A DNA stretch of 64,000 nucleotides from Camelus ferus (Eukaryota): assembly GCF_009834535.1 (NCBI RefSeq), contig NC_045697.1:85624001-85688000 (forward strand), in the 5' to 3' direction. This document shows positions 1-11,794 of this stretch, piece after piece. Position 1 is the first letter of the stretch. Each line of letters starts with the position of its first letter. The notes beneath the pieces were generated by a model. It saw only the letters and a list, made by a program, of their open reading frames with translations. It searched no databases and was not told where the DNA came from. A program made the translations under genes and the position numbers.

Positions 1-2584
1 GCCCTTCCAAAATTGTTGGAAATCATCCCTAAACTGCTAATTAACCTCTTTTCTTTTACATGAACTGACTAGATGTGTTCTGTTACCTTTAACCTAACCC
101 TAACTCTGTGTGATGACACACATAGAGGTGAAATACGTTACTGATGGGCATGAATCAAGGAAACTCCGGCTACAGCTCACATGGAAAACCAAATGCTCCC
201 ATAGCCCAGCTTCCCTGCAGAGGCAGTGCCAGCAGCAGATTTCCTGCTGAATTTCATTTATGCTCCTAAGAGATTATAAAGTGACAGTTTAGAAGGTGGA
301 TAAATAGGTGTGATAGATGTGTCTCCTACATCCCAGGGTGATGCGAGATCACAGGGAACCTGATCTCTAAAGTCACGTGGGAAATGTAGTCTTCAGCTTC
401 CAGACCACAGGGTGCAGTAAGGTCCATTCCACTCAGTGGAAATGGAGGGAGTAAGCCCGTCTTCAGTGCTGACCTCACATGGTTTCAGCCTAAGAGTTCT
501 TTCTGTGGTTCACCAAACTCCTTTTTGTTGTCATTTCAGAGGCAGTTTTGTTTAGTAAGGGTGGCTGGTGGTGGACGGTGTTTCCCAAAACTTCACTCAT
601 TCTTACACCACATTCAAGCCTAATATTTGCTTAATGTTTTATAAAAATCTACTGAATAATTTAACTTAACCATTGTCCTATGCAAGTATATCTGAGGAGT
701 CACAAGCTTGATATAATCATTGTACTTTTTCTAGATACATTAAGATAAACCACCCAAAATTCATCTTGTGTGCAGCGGCTGAGCACCCTGGTGCATGGAG
801 AGAGGGCAGGCTTCGGAGTCAGATTTTATCCAGTTCTCTGTCTATGAATCTCACTCAGCTTCAGTCTCCACCTTTCAGGGAGGATCCAGTCATATAACAC
901 TTGTAAATGCTTTCCAGATAGGTCATCCAGTGGCTCTGAAAATGATATTGTTAGGTATTTTCTAATTTTTCAAAGGTTCTAAGTAGTAATTGATCCCCTT
1001 GGAAATTCAAAAAATAATCAAGTTTTGAGGTATTTAAATATATGCTGTTTGACAGTTATTTTCTATGATATGCCAGGATTTCACTCGATAAGGAAACATG
1101 GTGTATAGTTTATAATAATGCCAACATAGCATCAGTATTAAAAAAATACTAAAGTCAGTTTCATTTGTCTAGCCTCATGCTCACAACCTGTGTACTTTTC
1201 TCTGTGTATACTGTTCACCAAAAATGATTCATAATAAAAAAAGAGAACTGACAGGAGACTTCATGCAAACAAACTTGGACATAGGTAGATTAAGCTAGAG
1301 ACGACATTTTTAATGAAAAGAATGGGCAATGAGTGTAAAGTATATATCTAGGCAGAATGAAGAGAACAAGAGAAAGATTTATACAATTGTGTTCTAAGAA
1401 TCTCAATACAGAATATTGCTTTTCAAATCCATGAGTCTTTCATTTCATACCATAACACAAACAGATTTAAGTCAAAAGAGAACAAATTGTTGAAAATTAC
1501 CCTTCATTCAAGGTTCTTAGTTGGCAATTTTCCTCACTGATTTCAGTAAAGATTATAGTTTTTTATTATAGATTTTCCTTTGTCATATTTTTCCCTTTCC
1601 TTTTGGTTTCAAGTAAGTACTTGTTTTTCTAGCATTGTATCATTATAGTCACAGACATTTTAAATGTAGACATTCTTCTTCCAAATACCTGGAAAATATA
1701 TGTACTTTTCATCTCAGAAATGTATAATGATGATGTAGCAAGGGAACAGAAGTAAACTTGAACTCAGGGAACAAAATATGCAAGCATTAGCAATTATGTA
1801 AATAAGAGTTATATGAAGAAGAATGCAATAGAAAGTCTCTAAAGACATATGAAACCTGAAAGAAACAAAGAACACATTTTAAAAGGTACCTACTAGAAAC
1901 AGATAATTTCATCTGAAAAGAAAATTACTTTTCAACTTTGTCTACATTTCTAAGTGGCTCAAGTTATGGTGACTAAAGTAAACGATAATAAAAGCATTAA
2001 GAAACCTGAGTGCATCCCAAGAATACTACCTTGAGAATTAATAAAAACAGGGTGGGCAAAAATTGGATCCTGCTGGTAAAGATAGTCATGAAGCATTTGG
2101 CTTTTTGGTGGAAGCTCCTGCAGGGGTCCCAGGCCCAAGTTCCTCATTATCCATTGTTAAACAGAACATGGGACATCATTTTCGTGGAATGAATCATGGT
2201 GGAAGTGGTGTGATCCTGGAACCAGCAGTGGGGATTGGCCTCCTAATTCCCTACCCACCAAAGTTAGGTGCCAAAATCTGGCTTAAAAAAAAAAAAAAAA
2301 AAAACAGACTTGTTTTGCTTAAACACACTAGGCTAGAGTCTATGTGTTCTGTAGCAGGTAACTGAACCCCAACTGACACAGGATGACAGAGCAATAAATC
2401 AGATTAATAATAGAAAATGTGAGTAACTGTAAAGAAAAATTTCTGAGGAAGAAGTATGGCTCATTTTCAGAAAATTTAGGATAAAAATCAACAACCATGT
2501 GCTTTTAGTGGACTCCTGCCTACTGCCGGGAAACTGAAGATGTTATTACTGTATTCAGTTCTATTGGTCTATGTAGTAAAATGG

Positions 2585-4460
2585 AAGGTGGGATATTACT
2601 ATGAATTTACAGAAATAAAGAGAATCAGAAGGGAATACTATAAAAAAGCATATGCCAAAAATTAGCTAAATTATATGAAATTAACAAATTCCTAAAAATA
2701 CACAAACTACTGAAACTGATTTAAGAAGAAATAGAAAATCTGAATAGACCTATAATAAGTGAACAGATTGAATTAGTAATTAAAAAAAAAGCCCAGGTCC
2801 AGATGGCTTCATTGGTGAGTTCTACTAATAAATATTTAAAGAGAAATTAACATATTTGCAGATGCTTTCAAAAACAAGGCAAAACCAAAATAGAAGAGGA
2901 GGAACAACTTCCCAATGCATTTCAGGAGGCCAATATTACCCTAACAGGAAAAGCACACAAAGACATCATAAGAAAAGAAAATTACATACCAATATCCCTT
3001 GTGAATATATATGCAAAAATCTTCAACAAAACACTAGTAAACTAAACTCGGCAACATATAAGGATTATTTATTATTGGCTAAGTAGAATTTATTTCAGGA
3101 ATGCAAGATTGGTACAACACATGAAAATCAATCAATGTAAAACCTCATATTAGTTGAATAAAGGACAAAACCATATGAACATCTCACTAGATATTATAGG
3201 AATAGAAGGGAACTTATCCAATCTGATAAAGGACATTAATAAAAAACCTACACTTAATATCATACTTTATGGCGAAATACTCTAAACATTTCACCATAAA
3301 GTATGTTGAACACTTTCCCTCCAAATCAGAAAGAAGAATGGACAAGTTATCCATTCTTATCACTTCTATTCAACATTGTTCTAGAGGTTCTAGCCAGGGC
3401 AACTAGATAAGAAAAAAGAAATAAAAGAAATCTAGATTGGAAATGAAAAAGCAAAATGACTTCTATTCACAAAAGACATGCTATTATGCATGAAAAATCC
3501 TAGGAATCCACCAAAAAAAAAATTTTAAGCTAATAATTCAACAAGATGGCAGGATGCAAGATCAATATACAAAAATCAGTTGAATATCTATACAGCAGCA
3601 ATGACCAACCAGAAGAAAATTTTAATTCCATTTATAATCACATCAAAAGCATAAAATACTTAGGAAAAAATTTAGTAAAAGAAGTACAATATTAGTACAC
3701 TGAAAACTATGAAACATTGTTGAAATAAATTAAAGAAGACATTAAACAAATAGGGATCCTGTGCTCATGAACCTGAAAGACTTAATATCGTTAAGACGGC
3801 AATATTACTGAAGCTGATGTACAGATTCAATGCAATCTTCATCAAAATTCCAACTACATTTTTTTTTGCAGAAATTGACAAGCATTCTAAAATTTATATG
3901 GCTATGCAAGGGACCCAGAATAGCCAAAACAATTTTGAAAAGAAAGAACAAAGTACGAGTACTCATGCTTTCAGATATCAAAACTTATTACAAAGCTACA
4001 TTAATCAAGACAGTGTGGTATTGGCATAAAAACGAACATATACATCAATGGAATAAAATTGAGGGTCCAGAAGTAAATCGAAACAGCCCTGGTCAGTTGA
4101 TTATTGATAAATGTGCTAAAACCAGTCAATCAGGGGAAGAATAGTCTTTTCAATAAGTGCTCTGGGACAACTGAATATCTATATGCAAAAGAAAGAATTT
4201 GGACTCCTACTCAAAATCAATTGAAGATAGAAATGATCTAAAGGAGCTAAAACTCTTCGAAGAAAACTTAGATATAAATCTCTGTTACTTTGGATTAGAT
4301 GATTTTTTTTTCATATATCACATAAAACACAAGTAACCAAAGAAAATAGATAAATTTGATTTCATCAAAATCAAAAACTTTGTGAATGTATTGAAAACTA
4401 CTGAGTTTCATGGTTTTAAATGGTTAATTTTAAGGTATGTGAAATACATTGCAATAAAAA
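2585..4460 (+). mobile_element. LINE-1 fragment (decayed ORF2 RT region joined to an L1MB-like 3' end)
   Basis: Residual ORF2 peptides MYRFNAIFIKIP, ILKFIW..KGPRIAKTILKRKNK..LSDIKTYYKATLIKTVWYWHK, with many stops and frameshifts. Ends in caataaaaa. Confidence 0.92.
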
Positions 4461-5359
4461 TTCCAAGTCTTTTTACAAAGAGCTTTTGGTTTTAAAACCA
4501 AAGGCAAACATCTTTTGCTAAACATCAAAAAAAAAAAAAAAAAAAAAAGACTTTTTTCTTACTATTATGAAAAGGAACCAAATCTAAATCTTAACATGCT
4601 CCTTTGGAGAGTTTCTTCCCTTTCTCAGTCAGAAAAGAGTTAAGTATTTCAAACTTTTCAGTTCCCAGAAATAATTTCTTGGAATAAGTGAGTTCTTAAA
4701 AAATTTCAAAGGTATAATTCTGAAGGGAGGAAACGACTATAAATGGAATAATTAAGTACATAAATGTTTTCTTAATCCTCACAACAGCATGATATGTTAA
4801 GGTTTATTACTTGCACTTATTTGTTTATATATTGCTATAGTTATATCCTCTATTATATTTTTTTATATATTTATTATATTCACAGAGAACATAAGAAAAA
4901 GTCTATAGAGTAAAATGTAAGCAGGAGAGTTTAGCCAAGTTCCAATTGGAAAAGTGTCCATCTTAATTTAAAAATTGAACAATTGTTCTTATGCATAAAA
5001 CATAAAGGAAAAATACTTCAGAAGAATCATGAGACAGAATAATAGGAAATTAATAGAAATTGATAGAAGACAGAAAAAAACACATCTGGAGAAATTTTTA
5101 GGGCGTAGAAACTCAATATCCCATCAATCAGCTTCTGACTAAAAGTACTAAATACTTTTCAAAAATATGTCTAGTCATTTAAGGCCTTTTCCCTTTAAAT
5201 TTATGATCAGTTCTGTCATTGGTTTATCCTGATTTCCTGATTCCTATTCCTACCATCTCCAGCATAGCCTCTGCCTCAATTCCAAACCAGCTGATTTCTC
5301 TTTAGCACTGTATTGTTCTTTTAATTTGCCCATTTTACTTGATTTGTTTCTCCCTCCCT

Positions 5360-5460
5360 CACACCAGTACAGACTATAAGCTCCCGGTGTGAGCATCTGT
5401 TCTCTATGGCATGCCCAGCGTTTTACCCACCATAGGCACTTAATAAACACAGTAAATTAA
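5360..5460 (+). mobile_element. L2 3' end fragment
   Basis: agactataagctcc...cataggcacttaataaa resembles the L2 terminus. Confidence 0.55.
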
Positions 5461-6229
5461 TGGGAACATAAAAGACACCTTCACTGCTTTGGTAAAGTTA
5501 TAAAAACCCCAACATTAAACACAATCACAACATCAAGCACAATTGTAATTTAAATATACTTGCATTCTAATACCAGAAATAAAGGAGTTTATCTATTTAC
5601 TGTTCTTTCCACTATATCTTTCCAAACGTGAGGCAATAAAGATTTATAATCTGAGGAAAGCAGTATTTGAATTTCAATGGACAGATAAGACTATCTGCTT
5701 TCCTTTTAGGTCTTGATTTTTATATTCTCAATGATCTGTAAAAGTAAGGCGATTGTAAGATAAATGACACAAAACAGTTATTGGAGATAAAAATAGGCTT
5801 GTTATTCCAATTTAAATTATTTATTTACATAATGCCTTTATTTTTTATTATGAACCCCAAATCTCTATTTTTTTTAACCAAAAGAAAGTTTATAGTCTTC
5901 TTCTTTTAACATTCTTTAGTTATGTGTCTACTTTGTCCTTTTAAAAGAAAATCATGTTCCTGGAAAAACTTAGTTCTAACTGAGTATGCATTTGAAATTA
6001 AACCTGTATAATACGGTAAAAATTTGCAAAACAGCAAACTCTAAATAAATTAATATTTTCAGAAGGAGTTAACCAGTGACTCAATGTTTAAACTAAATTT
6101 CTCACCAACCTGGTAAAATGGAGACTCTGTAGTGAGATTTAATTTTATTAATTTTTAAATTTATTTAAAGCAAATAAATTAATATATAATATACTTTACA
6201 TTTCTGAGCTTTAGGTTTTTAAACTTTTA

Positions 6230-6395
6230 ACCACACAATCTCATTGAATCATTATACTCTAGCCTCATTCTATAAATAAAAAGGTGAGATTCAAAGGGAT
6301 GAAAAGACTGACTCATGTCAATTCAGCAAACAAATGGCAAAGGTGGGAAGTGAACCCAAGGATATGACCTTTGCCCATGTTCTTTCACAATTCCA
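6230..6395 (-). mobile_element. MIR SINE (decayed)
   Basis: cctcattctataaataaaaaggtgagattcaaagg...atggcaaaggtgggaagtgaacccaag resembles the MIR core in reverse orientation. Confidence 0.6.
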
Positions 6396-6504
6396 CAGAT
6401 GACTAACTAGACAAGAAGTGGGGATAGGGCACAGGGAAGGTGTATATCCACATGAAACCTCCACACAGATGTTTAAAGCAGCTTTATCCACTCAATGACA
6501 TATT

Positions 6505-7010
6505 TTTTCAGTTGCAAGTGACAAAAAAAAAATTGTAAGTAGCTTAAGCTACTTGAAATTGAACTTACTGACACACATATTTGAGCATTCCAGGAGCTGA
6601 TTTCCCTTAGTAAATCTTGAGCCGTGTCCTGGTTTCTCTTCTTCTGTCTTGTGCCTCACTTCTTCAGCAGAGGCCTTACCCTTAAGTCACTGTTTGGTTT
6701 ATGCACAAGATGGCGGCCTCAGCGTTTGTCCTGAGTCCAGCAAGAAAAATAAGGGCTTTTCTATTTCAAAGTTAGCAAAAATGTCCAAGGGCTGACTCTC
6801 ATTGGCCGGAATCGGACTGTACACCCATTCCTAAACCAACCACTGTGGCTTACACTAGTCATGAAACATTCCTGGAGTTGTGAGTAGAGACAATTCCAGC
6901 CAAATGCCATAGTCTAAGCTGGAGAAAGGGTGGTTTCCCAAAGGAAATGTTTACCATAAAAAGGTTGAATGTTCAGTATGGCAAAGCCCATAAACACCAG
7001 ATGCCCACTG
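6505..7010 (-). mobile_element. old MaLR LTR (MLT1J/K/L-like)
   Basis: cagttgcaagtgaca...agcttaagc and ctctcattggc...cccattcctaaaccaaccactgtggc motifs. Confidence 0.5.
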
Positions 7011-10000
7011 CAGGGCTTTTACATCTTTCAGTCATTGCTGTCACCAGAGCAGAAAATTACTGGTATCTATAGAAAACTCACAGAAATAGTATACTCAGAT
7101 AAAAGAGAAAGAACTATATAGCATACACTACAGCCCTTCTGTGGTGCAGGTGGCAGGGTGAGGCCAAGGGTGTTAAAATACGGAACTCAACATTTATAAC
7201 AAATAAAATAAACCAAAGCTGCTAACCTACAAACATGGGCCTCAAAACAAGAGTGGGAAGCCTCGGTGGAGAAGACCGTGAGGCCAGAGCGATGTGACGC
7301 AGCACAAAATGGGTTTCTTCACCCACCATGGATGGGGTTACTATTGACTGACTGAAAATGTGATGACTCGCTGAAAAAGACTGCCGCATTTATTCATACA
7401 TTTGTGGTTATTCAGACTGTGGTATCCAGACTGGGCAGAGCCAGGTAGGCAGCCCACCCAACCCCTCACGTTTACAGAAATCTGCCTGTATTTATAAGTG
7501 TTATCTGAGGATCCAAAAACTAACAAGATCTAAGTCAACAACAGAAGGCAGAGCAGGACAAATTGCCAGGGACAAATGCTCTGGGAAAAAATGCCTTAAA
7601 CATTGGGAGAGAAGTCAATTCAGGCCGAGTTCTTCAGGGAGAAATGCAGACAATAATAGTCTGTCCTTCCGAAAGGAAGATGACAAAGGAAAAATGAAAA
7701 TATGTGCTTTTACTTACTCTGCCCACCCCCAGTAAATAGTTACATTTTGGAAGTGATTCAGCCATACATTTCACTCTGTCTCTGTTGTAACATAGGCATG
7801 TATTAATGACAGGCCAGCCAAGGATAAGAATGTTATATAAACCATGGAAACACAAAACTTTAATCAGTTCTTAGGCAATCTTAAAAGCTAACATTTCTCC
7901 TACCAGAATTTGAAAGGCTCAGTGAGATTCCATTCTCTGAGGACCTTATTACCAGCAAGGTCTGAGCCCAAAGGAGAGAAACATCCTCCCCCTCCTGCCC
8001 TAAGGCAGGTGATGAGGGGACGAGGGTGTCCAGAACTCAGCCACATCAAATTTTCAAATGATAACAGATAGCCCTCAATCTCATCCCTTCACAACAATCT
8101 GTCCCTCCAACGTTTTCTCTGCCACATCTAACACTCCTAACCTCTTACCTCCATACCTGTTATCTGTGTCTGATGCTGGAGGGGTAACTTTTCGTATCTA
8201 TTCATTCCTTTACAAATCCATATCAGTTCTCCTTCTTTCTTCTGCTTTCTCATCATTTTTTCCATTATTAAACATAGAACAGCTGTTATATTTTTTCAGG
8301 AAAACACCTCTTAAGTTATTGTTCTTTTTCTATTCACTTTCTCTGCTGGTCTGAGTTTCTCAGACAACACCATTCACCCTTTGGCATTATTAGAAAATGT
8401 TATCAGACCATGCTGCCTTGGTAGACGCCTAACTTGTGAGATTTTACTTCAATCTGGCCCACCTGCTTACTTAGAAACCCTTTCAATCATCTCGTATTCA
8501 CGTATTCCCCGTAGTTGACTGTTACGGGCAATTTATGCACAATCTAACCTTCCAAGCACTATTCCCTACTCATGGCACAGGTCTTTGCATTAAAGCCATC
8601 TTATTAGAATTTCTACCAAGTTCTCCCTCACCACCTCCAGAAATCTTTATTTGCACTACTTTCCTTATCTACAGCATTCTTTCTTCCCCAGGTCATTCCA
8701 ACCCCACGACTGATCTAAGTACCTCAGATTTCATCTCTTACTGTCAAGTTTCCTTACTGTCTCCTTGACTATTCCAGGACCTTCTCTAAATTTCCATACA
8801 ATATTTATAACTCTTACTTGACATATCATTTGTTGTCTAGGGATAATTGTCTTTTTATATGCATATTCTGCCTCCTTGAGTAACAATAAACATCAAGGCA
8901 GGAATCATGAGATAACTCTGCTCGCTGTGTCTGGGAGTTTGCACTTAATAAGGCTGCATTTTGAAAGTATACATTACTATTTTATAGGCAGGAATATTTT
9001 ATTTTTTGCACATTTCATAAATTCTAGCTTTATCATGTTCTTGAAAATTTAGAATATGGCTATTAGTAACGTTATGGGTATGTATTTGCTTTCAAGATGA
9101 TAAGTTAGTTTGGTCCAAAGATATAGCCTATTTTATGGACCAGACTTGATCATAACTAGAGCTAACTATCTTGCAAATTTGGCATATAGAAGTGATTCAG
9201 CAAATGTATATTGGATGGATAAATAAATGGATAGGGTACAAATGTGCATGTCTTTATCTACTCTGGAAAAAGGAATTCAGCTAACATCATAGTAAGAAGG
9301 CTAGGTTTGCCTGAGAGGGAAAGGAGCAAACCAGGATGGCATAGTGTAACCTGGGGCAGCTCTGCCCTTTGAGCACACCCTCCCTTTCTGTAAACTCACG
9401 GAGAGGACAGTATTCAGTCCCCCTGGTCTCCTGTTCAGAGCCGGGGGTGGGAAGAGGGCCTTGCTTTTAGCAGCTGGTACTGCACTGACTCCTCTTTTTT
9501 CCTGTACTCTGTTCACTTCTTTGTAAATGTTCAATTTTGTTAATCTCACCTAAAATTACTCCGTTTGAATGTGCCATCTGTCTCCAAACTCTGAATGATA
9601 AGCATAGCCTCAAGGTTTGCCATACAAACATACTTTAGAAAATATTTTTGAAGGAAGCTTTGTGAAGGCTCTTATTAAATATGTGGAACCAGGATGAGTA
9701 AGTTATCTATTTTTAATTCCAGCAATCTATTTTGTAATTTCCCATAGCTTTATTAATCCCATTGTTAGTTTCCAGAACATGTTTTATTAATGGCTTTATA
9801 AAAGCAATATCTTCTTAAATCTTTACGAGAATACTAATTAAATTTATTTCTAAGTTCTCTTTTGCTACCTTGAATTATTTGGTTACTCTGGAGTTAGTTT
9901 GCTAACAAAGGCTACACTTGGAGGTTATGCAAGTTTTGTAAAAGCAATGAAAATGAGATTGGTCAGTGAAGGCAGGGTACCGTTCATTATTTATAAAGAT

Positions 10001-11539
10001 AGTTACAGTAATAGATCTGACTGATAACTACCCGAGGTTTCAAAATGATGCTCATAGTCAACGGCTAGTTTTCATTTCCAAGAAATTTATTGAAAATTCT
10101 CATCCACTGTGACTATCCTCTCTTTTTCTTCATTGTTGTGAATTCATACATTTTGTTTCCTTTTATTATCATTCTGGTAGGATCTCGGGAGGGAAAATAA
10201 ATGATGTTATGTAATCTACTATCCTAAATGAAAAATTATTCCTTGATTATTTTTTAAACCACTCAGCTTGGTGTTTAGACAGAAAATTATCGCACTGAAA
10301 TGCCTACTCCTTACAGAGAAGAGATATAATTGTAGGTTGCTTAGATGCGTTTCTTCCTTGAAATCCCCCATTTTTAAATTGCCTTTGCCAATTCATTAAA
10401 AATTAATTTTAAAAATAGTTTCTTTATGTATATTTCTAACACAGTTTGGTAAACATAGCAGTAGCCAAGGAAACTGGCAGAGTGACCAGAAACCAGAAGA
10501 GTCAGAACGGTAGTTCATTTCCTCATGTCTTCTCCCAATTTCATTTCAAATGGAGCATTTTAATGTTTTTTTTTTTTTAATTTCATCTCTTTCTGATTTT
10601 TTTCTTTTATAGAGAAATCATCATCTCAGTTCTGGAAAACAAAATTTGGGGGAAGCAAGAGGAAAAGGAACTTGAGATCTAAGCCAGTAAAGCTACATAT
10701 GTTTTTAAAACTTATAGATTCAACTGATTTTTATGATTTTCTTTCACCTAGTCTCTCATTTGCCAGCTAACTCTTCTCAGCCTCAGCCTTACCTGATGCA
10801 GAATAGAAAGGACTTTCTTGATCTTGAAATGGAAGGAGGATATCTAACACTGACACACAGTAGGAGCTCCAAAAACATTTGTTGAAACAGTCCATGGGCA
10901 GTGAACAACACGTTGCCAGTCTATAGGTTTTAATGGATGTTGTTTGTTTTTGTTTCAACATTTCAAGACGTCTTGTGCTCTTCATAAAACCTATAAATAC
11001 TACATTTGAAAAGTAGCTGAAACTGCTTTTTTACTCTACTAATAGCAATAACCTCTCAACATTGTATTTAAAGAGGCTGCTAGTCTTATAGATCATAGCA
11101 TTAAATGGCTTCAGGTTGAATTTTAGAGCAATAAAGCAGAAAAACATATTAAGACTACTTTGGTGAGCTGAGAATGTAAAAGTAACTCTTTATGGAGTGA
11201 TACAGAAAGGAATTTTCTTTTTACAGACCATATGGGGAATGGAGAGGATCAGGTTGCATATTAGGAGAAAATTCCTGAATGTGTAGCTTCCACATTTTAT
11301 TAGCATTACTTCACCTGCCACACGTGGCATTAAACAATCTTTGAAAATATAGATAATATGGATGTAGCATAATTTACTTGGTCATTCCTCTATTGGTAGG
11401 CACTGAGGTTTTTTTTTTCTCTTGTTTTTGTGTTATTGTTTCTATTGATAAACACTAGTACACATCCTTTTAAACATTTTATTAAGTATATTTAAAGAAT
11501 GTTTTTACGTAATTTTTTTTCTTTGAAAACTTCTTTGTT

Positions 11540-11750
11540 GCTACTGGAGATAGAAAGGAACATTTCATAATGATAAAATGGCCAATCACAAAGACAAAAA
11601 TCCTAAATTTGCTTGTATGTAACAGCGTAGCCTTAGCACATGAGCAAAAGCTGGCTGATGTAAAAGAGGAAGTAGACAAACACAGAACTGCAGTGGAAGA
11701 TTTTAATATACCTCTCTCAGTAACTGATAATCTAAACATGAGACCATGGA
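11540..11750 (+). mobile_element. L1 ORF2 endonuclease-domain fragment
   Basis: Translation ...KEEVDKHRTAVEDFNIPLSVTD resembles the L1 EN GDFNTPLS motif. Confidence 0.8.
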
Positions 11751-11794
11751 TGTGAATCAAGGAAGAAACTTTGGTGCAAGATTAGTGAGTGATA

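Noticed and set aside
2856..4144. ORFs of 70-104 aa in the ORF track
   Set aside because: Fragments of a frameshifted L1 ORF2, not host genes. The same applies to 11570-11755 and 58201-58410.
10787..10830. 30-nt exon-like segment with a strong CAG|GTAAGG donor on the minus strand
   Set aside because: It adjoins or overlaps an L2-like terminus (10850-10890). An equally good exon-like motif occurs on the plus strand near 10615, which shows such motifs arise by chance here.
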